Below, one piece after another: positions 20,906 to 31,502 of a stretch of DNA of 64,000 nucleotides; the first letter of the stretch is position 1; every line of letters starts with the position of its first letter. The stretch is from an uncultured Holophagaceae bacterium (GTDB taxonomy: Bacteria; Acidobacteriota; Holophagae; Holophagales; Holophagaceae): assembly GCA_903840385.1 (NCBI GenBank), contig CAIMFT010000063.1:1620-65619 (forward strand), written 5' to 3'. Made by a program: the position numbers and the translations under genes. The notes below the pieces were generated by a model that saw only the letters and a program-made list of their open reading frames with translations, was not told the origin of the DNA and searched no databases.

Positions 20906-22564
20906 TCAGTACAGCTGGCCAGAGGGCGAGCAGAGGATAAGGAAGGCGAGCTCCCGGGCCTTGGTCTGGGCAGCGGTGTCCCAGGTGAAGGCGGCTGGCC
21001 AGAGAGCGGCCAGCCATGCGGAAGAGACCGTGGCGGGGATGGGCGCGGGCTGGAGGAGCACCACGAGGCGGTCGTAGACGGCCTGGGGGGATGTTGGGGC
21101 GGTGGGGAACCAGTCCACCGTGATGGCTGCGGGGAAGAGGGGGTAGACAACGCTGTTGTAGGTGCGGGTCTCGTTCAAGGTCAGGGCAGCGGCGAGCTTC
21201 GCCCGGTAGCGCATGGTGTTGCTGTTCAGCCAGGCGGTGTGCTCCTTCCAGCCATTGGGCCCGCTGGGGTCCAGCACCTTCATGCCAGCTTCGTCGAAGG
21301 TGGTGGCACTGTTGGTCACCAGGCGCCAGGCCGGATAGCCCCTGGGGGTCTGTGCACTCGCAGCGCTCAAGGAGGGGCAGAGCATCCGGGCGGCTCGGAC
21401 CGTCCAGGACACCGGACCCTCGATGAGGGCATGGCGGTTGGCGGCGCTGAAGAAGTACTGGGACTTGAGGAGGGTCTTCAGGGCAGCCCGCAGGTCGAAG
21501 CCCGCAGCCTGGATCAGGGCGGCGACATCGGCGAGGTCCTGGGCGGAGAAGCCGGTGGTCACGAAGTGGGTGAGCAGCCGCCGGGCGAGGAACTGGGCGC
21601 AGTTGCTGCCCCGCAGGGAGACGATGCTGCGGATGGCATTCTCGCCCTTGGCCCAGCCATTGGCGGTGGTGGTGACATCGAGGGTCTGCCCGAAGAGGCT
21701 GATGGTGCCTGTGGCATGCATGCTGGAGCTGGCCGTTGCGACCCCACTCCACCAGAGGCGGGTGTCCGGGGCGATGGCGGTTCCGTCGTAGACCTTGAAG
21801 CGGGCGTCGGCAGGAAACTTCAGGTTCGGGTTCGCCGGGTTCTTGATGTAGTCCGCCTCGGCATAGGTGAAGCTCCAGCCGCTCAGCGCCTTGGCCAGCT
21901 GGGTGATGTCGGTCTGGTTGTAGCCATTGTCGGCACCCAGGCTGTAGAGCTCCATGACCTCCCGGGCGTAGTTCTCATTGGGGACATTGGTGCCGGAGGC
22001 ATTGTTGAGGACCGAGTCCAGCCAGAGGAGCATGGCCGGGTCCTTGCTGATGGCCACCAGGAGGTCGTCGAACTTCGCCAGTCCCTGGCTTCGGAGGAGC
22101 TGGAACTGCTTCAGCATCAGCGCGGCGTTGTTGACCTTGTGCCAGCCGGTGGCGAAGAGGTTGTGCCAGAAGAGCGCCATGCGCTCCTCGAAGGCGTGGG
22201 GGTTGTGCTGCATCCGCCAGGCCAGCAGGGCCTGGGCGGTGTTGAGGTTGTTTCGCCAGGCCTCGGCCCCCTGCACCAGGAAGGGGTGGGGGGCTGGTAC
22301 CGCCGGCACATCCACACTGCCCGCCACTGTGGTGCTGGCGCTCACCAGCGGCTCCGCCACCACGTCCGCTGTGGCCAGCGCCGCTGTGAAGGCCGTGGTG
22401 TCGTAGGCCGGCCCGGTGCCATCAATCCAGGCATCAATGGCGGCGCCTGGAAGCTGAGCCTGAAGGGCGGCGGCCTCGGCGGGGGTGAGGCCGAAGCCAG
22501 CCCGGCGTCCGAAGTGCTGGGCGTCGGCGAGGGTCCAGGTGCTGATGGCGGTGAGGTCGGCCAC
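20906..22564 (-). CDS. DUF1800-family protein
   Basis: H..RRAGFG, ERMALFWHN.FAT, DPAMLLWLD, PNENYARE.MELYSLG, PSGPNGW. Confidence 0.9.
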   Translation of the reverse strand: MADLTAISTWTLADAQHFGRRAGFGLTPAEAAALQAQLPGAAIDAWIDGTGPAYDTTAFTAALATADVVAEPLVSASTTVAGSVDVPAVPAPHPFLVQGAEAWRNNLNTAQALLAWRMQHNPHAFEERMALFWHNLFATGWHKVNNAALMLKQFQLLRSQGLAKFDDLLVAISKDPAMLLWLDSVLNNASGTNVPNENYAREVMELYSLGADNGYNQTDITQLAKALSGWSFTYAEADYIKNPANPNLKFPADARFKVYDGTAIAPDTRLWWSGVATASSSMHATGTISLFGQTLDVTTTANGWAKGENAIRSIVSLRGSNCAQFLARRLLTHFVTTGFSAQDLADVAALIQAAGFDLRAALKTLLKSQYFFSAANRHALIEGPVSWTVRAARMLCPSLSAASAQTPRGYPAWRLVTNSATTFDEAGMKVLDPSGPNGWKEHTAWLNSNTMRYRAKLAAALTLNETRTYNSVVYPLFPAAITVDWFPTAPTSPQAVYDRLVVLLQPAPIPATVSSAWLAALWPAAFTWDTAAQTKARELAFLILCSPSGQLY

Positions 22565-22572
22565 AGAGACTC

Positions 22573-23052
22573 CTAGTTGGCGGGGGCGCCGGCATTGATC
22601 CAGGCGGTGAGGGTGTCCACGGTGGCCTGGCAGAGGTTGGGCGCAGCCTGGGGCATCCGGGTGCCGTACCCCGACCCGCCGGGCTGGTCCTTGGTGACCT
22701 TCTCCAGGAGCCAGGAGTGGGCGGGATCGCCCGGCTTCACCAGGAGCCAGCCCTGGCCGGCGGGAGCGCTGGCGGGTACCCCATTGACGAGGCGGGCGTG
22801 GATCTCCGCCGCGGTTCCCGAATAGATCACGTGGCCGGTCGGGGCGCCGCCCCCATGACAGGAGGTGGCGGCGCTGCCACAGCTGCTCTGCAGGGCCGGG
22901 AGGAGGTCAGCCGCAAAGGAGGGGCTGGCCTTGGCGATGGGGATGGGGCAGGTGGTGGGGGTGGGGGCCGGCGGTGCTGGTGATGCACCCGAGCCACCCC
23001 CGCCACAGCCAAAGGGCAGCACCAGAAGCAGGACTGGGAGGAGCAGGCGCAT
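22573..23052 (-). CDS. Lipoprotein with Planctomycete-type cytochrome c-like domain and atypical CX6CH motif
   Basis: Lipobox PFGC; SF..D..P.L...CGSAATSCHG; VKPGDP..S.L..KV; distal RMP methionine. Confidence 0.6.
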   Translation of the reverse strand: MRLLLPVLLLVLPFGCGGGGSGASPAPPAPTPTTCPIPIAKASPSFAADLLPALQSSCGSAATSCHGGGAPTGHVIYSGTAAEIHARLVNGVPASAPAGQGWLLVKPGDPAHSWLLEKVTKDQPGGSGYGTRMPQAAPNLCQATVDTLTAWINAGAPAN

Positions 23053-23185
23053 GGGACTCCGGAGGGGTAGAACCAGGATGGATGCGGCCCGGAATAGGTC
23101 AAGGTCATAACAGGGAAAATTCCGGCCCCCAAAGGCACCGGTCCGGCCAGGAAGCCCTTGCGCTATCCTCGTCCTGGAGGTTGCC

Positions 23186-23533
23186 GTGCCCCTGGATGCC
23201 CCGACCCCCCTCTTTGTGGGGGAGCGCCTGCGAGATCTGATCCTGTGCTACGCCGGGCCCTGGGCGTTTGTGCCCTACATCCGCAGCCGGGAGGACAGCG
23301 AGCTGCTCTGGCATGCGCGGCAGGGCGTGATCCTGGCGTTTGCCGAGTGCGTGGTGGCTCTGGCCCTGGTCTTCATCGGCATCTTCCCCCTCTTTGGCTG
23401 GATCTTCGTCCGCTTCTTCCTGCCGGTGTGGCTGCTCTGGTGCCTGAGCATGGCCGTCACCAGCGTCCTGCAGGCCAGCAAAGGCAAGCGCCACAAGATC
23501 CCGGTGCTCCATCAGTTCATCGATTACCTCTGA
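23186..23533 (+). CDS. DUF4870-family small membrane protein
   Basis: Three TM segments, WHARQG, terminal KIPVL pattern. Confidence 0.7.
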   Translation: MPLDAPTPLFVGERLRDLILCYAGPWAFVPYIRSREDSELLWHARQGVILAFAECVVALALVFIGIFPLFGWIFVRFFLPVWLLWCLSMAVTSVLQASKGKRHKIPVLHQFIDYL

Positions 23534-23540
23534 TCCCTAG

Positions 23541-23588
23541 CGGGTCGCGGAGCAGGCGACTGAACGTCGCCTGCGGAGCGGGGACCCG
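23541..23588 (+). repeat. 48-nt covarying intergenic stem-loop element, copy A (REP-like or structured RNA)
   Basis: cgggt-cgc-gga-gcaggcgac-tgaac-gtcgcctgc-gga-gcg-ggg-acccg; same length and pairing as 63429-63476. Outer stem extends 23531-23597. Confidence 0.7.
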
Positions 23589-23616
23589 CTGGGATCAGAA
23601 TCATCTGCCGAGCGGG

Positions 23617-24684
23617 TCACCCCTGGGTCGGTCCCACGTTCAGGAGCAACATCGCATCCCCATAGCTGAAGAAGCGGTAGCGCTCGCGCACGGCCTCGGC
23701 GTAGGCGGCCTTGGCCAGGTCCAGGCCCAGCAGGGCTGAGACCAGCACGAACAGGGTGCTCTCGGGCAGGTGGAAGTTGGTGAGCAGGTGGTCGGCGGTG
23801 CGCAGGCGGTGGCCCGGCTGGATGAAGATGCGGGTGCTGCCCAGCCGGGCCAGAGCCTGCCCGTCCCAGGCACCCTCGAGGGTGCGCAGTGAAGTGGTGC
23901 CCACACAGAGCACCGGGCGCGAGCGGTCCCGCAGCACCGGCTCCAGGGCGGCGGCGGTGGCCTCGGGGACCTCGAAGCGCTCTTCGTGCATGGCGTGCTC
24001 GGCGAGGGTCTCGGCCGTCATAGGGCGGAAGGTTCCGAGGCCCACATGCAGACGCACCGGGTGCCACCCGCAGCCCCGGGCCTGGAGGTCGGCGATGAGC
24101 TCTGGGGTGAAGTGCAGGCCGGCGGTGGGGGCGGCGACGGCCTCGCCTTCCCGGGCCGCAAAGACTGTCTGGTAGCGAGTCTCGTCCTCGGCCTCCGCCA
24201 GGTGGTCGATGTAGGGCGGCAGGGGCAGGCGGCCGATGCGGTCGATCTCGTCCCAGTCGAGGCCGTGGTCGGAGCTGACCCGGACGGCCCGAAGGCCTTC
24301 GGGCAGGGTCTCCAGGATCTCGATCCGGGCCAGGGTCGCCCCGGACTGGGGCTCCACCACCGTGGCGGCAGCGCCGGGCTTGAGGCGGGCGCCCGGCTTC
24401 ACCATCGCCTCGAAGACACCGCCCCCGAGGTTGCGCAGCAGGAGCGCCTCGCCGGCGCCGCCCCCGGCCCGGCGCAGGAAGAGCCGGGCATGGCGCACCC
24501 GCACATCGTTGGGCACACAGAGGCTCTGGGGTGGCACCAGCTCCGGGAGGTCCCGGATGGTGCGGTGGGACCAGCTGCCGGTGCGGGCGTCCACCACCAG
24601 CAGGCGGGCGCCATCCCGCGCCGGGGCGGGGTGCTGGGCGATGAGTTCCTGGGGCAGGTCGAACCCGAATGCGGTGCGCTGCAT
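23617..24684 (-). CDS. queA: S-adenosylmethionine:tRNA ribosyltransferase-isomerase
   Basis: FDLP.ELIAQ.P, LPLPPYI, YQTVFA, AAPTAGLHF, LHVGLGTF.P, TNFHLP.STL, RYRFFSYGDAM. Confidence 0.97.
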   Translation of the reverse strand: MQRTAFGFDLPQELIAQHPAPARDGARLLVVDARTGSWSHRTIRDLPELVPPQSLCVPNDVRVRHARLFLRRAGGGAGEALLLRNLGGGVFEAMVKPGARLKPGAAATVVEPQSGATLARIEILETLPEGLRAVRVSSDHGLDWDEIDRIGRLPLPPYIDHLAEAEDETRYQTVFAAREGEAVAAPTAGLHFTPELIADLQARGCGWHPVRLHVGLGTFRPMTAETLAEHAMHEERFEVPEATAAALEPVLRDRSRPVLCVGTTSLRTLEGAWDGQALARLGSTRIFIQPGHRLRTADHLLTNFHLPESTLFVLVSALLGLDLAKAAYAEAVRERYRFFSYGDAMLLLNVGPTQG

Positions 24685-24693
24685 GGGTGTCGG

Positions 24694-26499
<1,806 letters not shown>

Positions 26500-26520
26500 G
26501 GACGAAGTCCAGCTTAACGG

Positions 26521-27318
26521 CTATTCGACCGTCACCGTCACCGTGCTCTTGCCGTCCGCCAGGCTGAAGAGCTCGGTGCCCTTGGGCGCGCTCAGGGCCT
26601 GCTCCATGAGGTGGTCGAGGTCCACACCGCGCTTCCCGGCCTGCTTCAGCTGTTCGTCCGAGAGGTAGCCCCCCACGGACCGCGCAAAGCCCAGGGCCAG
26701 GCGGATGGTCAGGGCCTCGGTCTTGCCCTGCTCCCGGATGCGGACCACCAGGAATCGCCCCTGGGCCGGGCCCGGGGCCTGGGGCTGGGCGCCCAGGGCG
26801 AGGATGGCGACGCGGCAGGCCTCGGCAGAGGTGCCCCCGGCCTGCAGGCCCGCCTGGAGCACGGGCAGGGCCCGGCTGTCCCGGCGGCGGGAGAGCTGCA
26901 GGGCCGCAGCGATGCGGACCTCCTCGCGCTCATCTTCCAGGGCACCCAGGAGACCCGCAGCAGCGGCGGGGCTGTCCCACTGGCGGATGCCCCAGCAGCG
27001 GACGCGGTTGCGGCGGGCCTCCTTGCCCAGCAGGCGCTGGTCGGGGTGGCGATTCAGAAAGTCCGTGTAGGCCTCGGCGGCCTCGTCCCAGCGCTGGTCC
27101 TGCTCCAGGCAGGAGGCCAGCCAGTAGCGGGCGTCGGCGGCCCGGGGGGAGCTGGGCGCGGTGCGCAGCAGGGCCCGGTAGGCCTCGGCGGCCTCCAGCC
27201 AGCGCTGGGCGTAGCGCAGGTCTCGGGCCGCCGTGAAGAGCCCCTCCGGCGAAGCCTCCGGTGCTGCGGGGGCCGGCATCCACAGGGCGGGCACCACCAG
27301 GGCGAGGGCCGGGATCAT
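26521..27318 (-). CDS. Exported TPR (BamD/YfiO-like) plus HEAT-repeat protein
   Basis: Signal peptide, TPR pairs (A.YWLA.CLE...WDEA..AY..F), HEAT (L.DE.EEVRIAAA..L). Start at ATG 27318, overlapping upstream stop. Confidence 0.65.
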   Translation of the reverse strand: MIPALALVVPALWMPAPAAPEASPEGLFTAARDLRYAQRWLEAAEAYRALLRTAPSSPRAADARYWLASCLEQDQRWDEAAEAYTDFLNRHPDQRLLGKEARRNRVRCWGIRQWDSPAAAAGLLGALEDEREEVRIAAALQLSRRRDSRALPVLQAGLQAGGTSAEACRVAILALGAQPQAPGPAQGRFLVVRIREQGKTEALTIRLALGFARSVGGYLSDEQLKQAGKRGVDLDHLMEQALSAPKGTELFSLADGKSTVTVTVE

Positions 27319-28007
27319 GCGCCAGCCTTGGTGAGGAGGCGCTCCATCCGGTCGGTCTGGCCCTCCAGGTTGTGGGTGGCAGCCCACTGGCGCAGCTCAC
27401 GAGCCCGCTGGACATCGAGGCAGTCGCTCTCGAAGGCGAGCTCCGACAGCCAGCCGTGCAGCGAGGCGCGGATGGCTTCGGCCTCCTGGACCGGGGCGCC
27501 CTGGGCGGCCAGCTGGTGGCTCACCTCCAGCAGGGCCACGGCCATCTCGTGCTCCTGGCGGCGGTCTTCCTCACCCTTGCGGCACAGGTCCGGGTTCTGC
27601 TGGAAGTCCTTCAGGAGGGTCGTGCTCTGGCGGAAGAAGGCGATCCAGGCGCGGTCCTGGTTTCGCTTCTGGGCCAGGGTCTCCATGCGGGCCGTGTCCT
27701 GGGCCAGGGCCCGCATGGACTGCTGGCGCTGGATGGCGATGCCGGCGGGGACCAGGGCGACGAGAAGGACGGCGGCGGCGGCCAGGGCCCAGGTGCCGGT
27801 CCAGCGGGCGCGGGCCGGGGGGGCCAAGGCGGGGGCCAGGCCCGGGCCGTGGCTCTCCAGGGCCAGGTGGAGCTCCAGCAGGGCCGCCAGCTCGGCCTGG
27901 GCCGCGGGATCGTCCGGCCAGAGCTCAGGGCTCTCCAGCAGGTCAAACAGCCGGGCGTCGTCCTGGGGGGCGGCGGCGGGGCGCTGGGGGTCGAGGGGCG
28001 TGGTCAT
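27315..28007 (-). CDS. Putative anti-sigma factor (single TM)
   Basis: Directly downstream of and overlapping an ECF sigma; about 70-aa N-terminal domain, one TM helix, helical C-terminal domain. Confidence 0.55.
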   Translation of the reverse strand: MTTPLDPQRPAAAPQDDARLFDLLESPELWPDDPAAQAELAALLELHLALESHGPGLAPALAPPARARWTGTWALAAAAVLLVALVPAGIAIQRQQSMRALAQDTARMETLAQKRNQDRAWIAFFRQSTTLLKDFQQNPDLCRKGEEDRRQEHEMAVALLEVSHQLAAQGAPVQEAEAIRASLHGWLSELAFESDCLDVQRARELRQWAATHNLEGQTDRMERLLTKAGA

Positions 28008-28594
28008 GGGAGGGATCCAAGGGTCTTGCGGAGCTTCTGGAGGCTTTGAAAGAGGGTGGCCTTGACGGTTCCTTCGGCGCAGCCCAGGTCCAGGGCGATC
28101 CGCTTGACCGGATGTTCGTGGACGTAATAGGCCAGGACCATGGAGCGCTGCCGGGGGGTCAGACCCTCCAGGGCCCCATGCAGGGCCTGGATCCGGCGGC
28201 TTTGGTCCACGGACTCCCAGGGTGAAGGCTGATGAGGGTCCGGCGCGTCAAAGGTCTCGGAAGGACTGACCTCCCTGCCTCTTCTACGCAGATGGTCGGT
28301 TGCCGCATTAGCCGCCAGCGTAAAAAGCCAGGCAGCCACCGGCCGACCCTCTTCAAAGCGATGACAGTGCTGGAGGCACTTAAGAAAAACTTCTTGGGCC
28401 AGCTCCTGCACGACCCCCGCCTCACCCTGGAGGCGGCGGTGCAGGAAGGCGAAGAGGGGGCGCTCGAAGCGGGCCATGAGGTGGGCCAGGGCCTCCTCCT
28501 GACCCGCCTTCAGCTGGGTCATCCAGTACTCAGGGGTGCGCTCCTCCGCCGGGGGCAGGCCCCCGGCTGCAGTCAGGGCGAGGGACGCACTCAT
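28004..28594 (-). CDS. ECF RNA polymerase sigma-70 factor
   Basis: ELAQEVFLK, F.AWLF..A.N...DHLRR (region 2); L..LTPRQR.......IA..LG.AEGTVK..L (region 4). Confidence 0.93.
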   Translation of the reverse strand: MSASLALTAAGGLPPAEERTPEYWMTQLKAGQEEALAHLMARFERPLFAFLHRRLQGEAGVVQELAQEVFLKCLQHCHRFEEGRPVAAWLFTLAANAATDHLRRRGREVSPSETFDAPDPHQPSPWESVDQSRRIQALHGALEGLTPRQRSMVLAYYVHEHPVKRIALDLGCAEGTVKATLFQSLQKLRKTLGSLP

Positions 28595-29604
28595 GCCTTC
28601 GGGCCGCTCGGCTGCCGGAGCAGCGAGATGCCGGGCTGGCCCAGCTTCTCCATGACCAGCTTGAGCTGCTCGGGGGTGAGGGCACAGCGCAGGCCCACCC
28701 GCCGCTTCTCCTGCATCAGCTCTGGGGCCGCACCGGGGGCGGACTGCACCGCATTGGCGGCGGCCACCAGGCGCTGCAGCCAGGGCGCCACCTGGGAGAT
28801 GCCCTCGGGCTTGCCGGCCATGGCCAGCTCAAACCGCACGGGATCGTCCTTGCCGGCCCCGGGGGTGACACTCCAGAACATGGCCTTGACCCCCTGGGGG
28901 AGCTCCTTGGCCAGGGAGGCATCCAGGCCCTTGCGCAGCCCTCCCAGCAGGGCCTCGGGCTGCAGGTAGCCCTGGATGGGGGCGCGCTTGCTGATCCACT
29001 CGGCGGCCAGGGCCATGTCCTCCTGGGCGGCCAGGGAGGGCTGGCTGGCCAGGCGGTGGAGGGACTCCAGGGAGCCGATCCAGACCTGCCCCTTCTCATC
29101 GCTGGCGGCGCGGATGTGGGCCTTGATGCCGCCGGCTTCGACATCCAGGATCACGTGCAGCGGCCAGTCCCGGCCCTGGAGGCGGAGGCTCCCCTCCTGG
29201 GGAAAGGCCTCGGCCAGGGCTGAGACCAGGGCGGCGGGGTCCTTGAAGTCCTGGAGCTGGACCAGGCCCATGCCCAGGCCCTTCTGCACCGAAAGCTCGC
29301 CACCGGTGGGGGCGCCCATGATGTGCAGGGTCACCCGGCCGGTCTCGGTGCGGGGGTTGATGTGGGCCTTCTGCAGGAACAGGTCCAGGGCCCGGTCCAC
29401 CGCAGGGTCCCGGGCCAGCAGGGCGCGGATCTCGCCGTGGGCCAGGATCCAGCCGGCCTCGCCGGAGACGGCACCCAGGCTCTCGCCGGGGGCGGCCTGG
29501 ACCCAGGCCGGAACCCGGGCCTTGGGGCGGCAGGCGGTGGTGAAGGGCAGGCAGACCAGGGCCACCACGGCGGGCAGGAGGATGGCGGTGGCTGGGATTC
29601 GCAT
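28591..29604 (-). CDS. Hypothetical lipoprotein
   Basis: Hydrophobic N-terminus with TTAC lipobox; GC-rich coding-like codon use; 4-nt overlap with the sigma gene. Confidence 0.6.
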   Translation of the reverse strand: MRIPATAILLPAVVALVCLPFTTACRPKARVPAWVQAAPGESLGAVSGEAGWILAHGEIRALLARDPAVDRALDLFLQKAHINPRTETGRVTLHIMGAPTGGELSVQKGLGMGLVQLQDFKDPAALVSALAEAFPQEGSLRLQGRDWPLHVILDVEAGGIKAHIRAASDEKGQVWIGSLESLHRLASQPSLAAQEDMALAAEWISKRAPIQGYLQPEALLGGLRKGLDASLAKELPQGVKAMFWSVTPGAGKDDPVRFELAMAGKPEGISQVAPWLQRLVAAANAVQSAPGAAPELMQEKRRVGLRCALTPEQLKLVMEKLGQPGISLLRQPSGPKA

Positions 29605-29660
29605 GAAGGCTCCAAGGGGGCTACGGAACCCCGAGCCGGGTGTTTATCCCAAGGTTACGA

Positions 29661-31502
29661 TCAATTGGGGCTGCCGGGGCCCAGGGTGCGGAGGATGGCT
29701 GGCAGATGGGGGCTGCGCAGCAGCTGGCGGCGCTCCGCGCCAGGCAGGCGCTCCCAGAGGCGGGTGGCGGTCTCCCGGGGGGTCTTGGGGTTCAGCAGCA
29801 GCTCCGCCGAGATGGGGGGATGGTGCGTCCGGGCGGGATGGCGGGCGATCTCCCTCAGCACCGGCTGGGGGGTCAGCTTGTTCCGGGCCAGGCGCAGGAG
29901 GATGCCGGGATCCAGGAGGGGGTCGGCCACCAGGGCCAGCAGGGTCTCGCTGTCCTGGAGGACCTCCTGGGGCAGGTGTCGCAGCAGCTCTCCGCCGGAG
30001 GCCTGGAGGGCGGTGATGCGGTCCGGGATGCGCAGGGCCAGGTACCGCCGCCGCAGGTGGTCCAGGGCCCGGCGCCGGACCTCCAGGTGGGGGATGCCGG
30101 GGTCCCGCAGGATCTCCACGAAGGGCTTGAGGCCGGGCAGGCGGTCCACCAGGCGCAGGGCCGAGGCCTCGGACAGGGCCGGGTGGTGGGTCAGGGCCTC
30201 GGCCACCAGGGGGTCCAGCGGCCAGATGCCGTGGGTCGCCAGGGCCTCGACGCGGTCCGCATCCAGGGTGGGCAGCGCCGCCGCCAGCAGGCCCGGGCTC
30301 AGGGCCGGGTTCTCCAGGGCGATGCGGAAGGCCCCGGGGGTGGGGTCCCGCAGGATCTGGCCGATGCGCTCCTCCTGGGTGGACCGGGCGGCCTGAGCGA
30401 CCCGTGCCTCCAGGGAGGACCAGCGTCCCCCTTCAGCCCGCTCCGGGGGGTCGGTGGTCGGCTCGGCCTCCCGGCGGGGGAGGCGGTCGTAGAAGTGCTT
30501 CACCACCCGCAGCAGGTGGGGGGCGTGGCGCCGCACCCAGTGGGTGATGAAGTGGTACTCATCCTCGTCCAGCTGGGTGAAGAGGCAGACAATCCGCTGC
30601 AGGGTGCCCGGGTCCCGCAGGTCCAGGGCCAGGGTCGCCACCAGCAGGCGGGTCCGCCCGATGCGGCGCGCCAGGCCTTCCGGGGAGGCGGGCGCGGCCA
30701 GCAGGCTCTCCCGGACCTCGGTGCGGAAGTACCACTTGGCCTCCGCATAGACCTCGCCGAAGAAGCCCGGAGTCGTGCAGGGGAGCAGGGCCCGGCAGAG
30801 CAACTCCTCGGACACGAGGGGGTTCTGGAGGGCCGTGCGCCGGACCTCGGGGTCCGGATCCACCAGGGCGCTGAGCAGCTCCTCGGGCTGGAGGGTGTGG
30901 CGGGCCCGGGCCAGGCGGCTGCCTTGGTCCAGGGGGGAGGGCTCCGGCGCACGGACCGGGTCCGCTGGGAGCTGGGTCAGGGCCTCCCAGTCCGGGTGGT
31001 CCGGCGGCAGGGGGGGCAGCTCCTGGGTGGTGCCCGTGGAGGCCACCGGGCGGGCCAGCTGCTTGGCCAGGCGCTTGGCCACCGGGCGGAGGTCCGGGCC
31101 CAGCTGGGCGTGGAGGGCTCTGACGGCCGCTTCCCGCTCGGGCTTTTCTGGTGCGGGGGCCTGGTCCAGCTCCCGCATCTGGTCGAAGAGGGACACCACC
31201 AGCTCCAGGTCCCGCCGGATGACCTCTGGGGTGGCTTCGTTGCCGGCCAGGGCCAGGAGGATGGGCCAGTGGCAGAGCCAGTGCGGCGTGCGGGCCATGA
31301 GGGTGAGGAGCCTGGGCGAGGCCAGGGCCCCGGCCAGACCCTCCAGCAGCCGCAGCTGGGACTCGGAGGGCAGCTGGGGGCGCACCAGGGCCAGGTGGCG
31401 GAAGTGCAGCTGGTCCGGTTCCGGGAGCGAGGCCAGGAACGAGGCGTCCCGTGAGGCCAGCAGGCCCCCGGGATCAGGCGCAGGCGGCCTGGAGGATGGC
31501 AA
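29661..31502 (-). CDS. Hypothetical alpha-helical repeat protein (LRV/HEAT-like A..NP..P repeats)
   Basis: 613-aa ORF with recurring ALQNPLVS, ALENPALS, LARNKLTP, LLLNPKTP motifs. Confidence 0.6.
   Translation of the reverse strand: MPSSRPPAPDPGGLLASRDASFLASLPEPDQLHFRHLALVRPQLPSESQLRLLEGLAGALASPRLLTLMARTPHWLCHWPILLALAGNEATPEVIRRDLELVVSLFDQMRELDQAPAPEKPEREAAVRALHAQLGPDLRPVAKRLAKQLARPVASTGTTQELPPLPPDHPDWEALTQLPADPVRAPEPSPLDQGSRLARARHTLQPEELLSALVDPDPEVRRTALQNPLVSEELLCRALLPCTTPGFFGEVYAEAKWYFRTEVRESLLAAPASPEGLARRIGRTRLLVATLALDLRDPGTLQRIVCLFTQLDEDEYHFITHWVRRHAPHLLRVVKHFYDRLPRREAEPTTDPPERAEGGRWSSLEARVAQAARSTQEERIGQILRDPTPGAFRIALENPALSPGLLAAALPTLDADRVEALATHGIWPLDPLVAEALTHHPALSEASALRLVDRLPGLKPFVEILRDPGIPHLEVRRRALDHLRRRYLALRIPDRITALQASGGELLRHLPQEVLQDSETLLALVADPLLDPGILLRLARNKLTPQPVLREIARHPARTHHPPISAELLLNPKTPRETATRLWERLPGAERRQLLRSPHLPAILRTLGPGSPN

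Noticed and set aside
23541-23588. Stem-loop elements as integron attC sites, SRP RNA, tRNA or K-turns
   Set aside because: No RYYYAAC/GTTRRRY cores or cassette array, no SRP domain IV motif, no cloverleaf, and the bulge is not adjacent to the G.A pairs as a K-turn requires.
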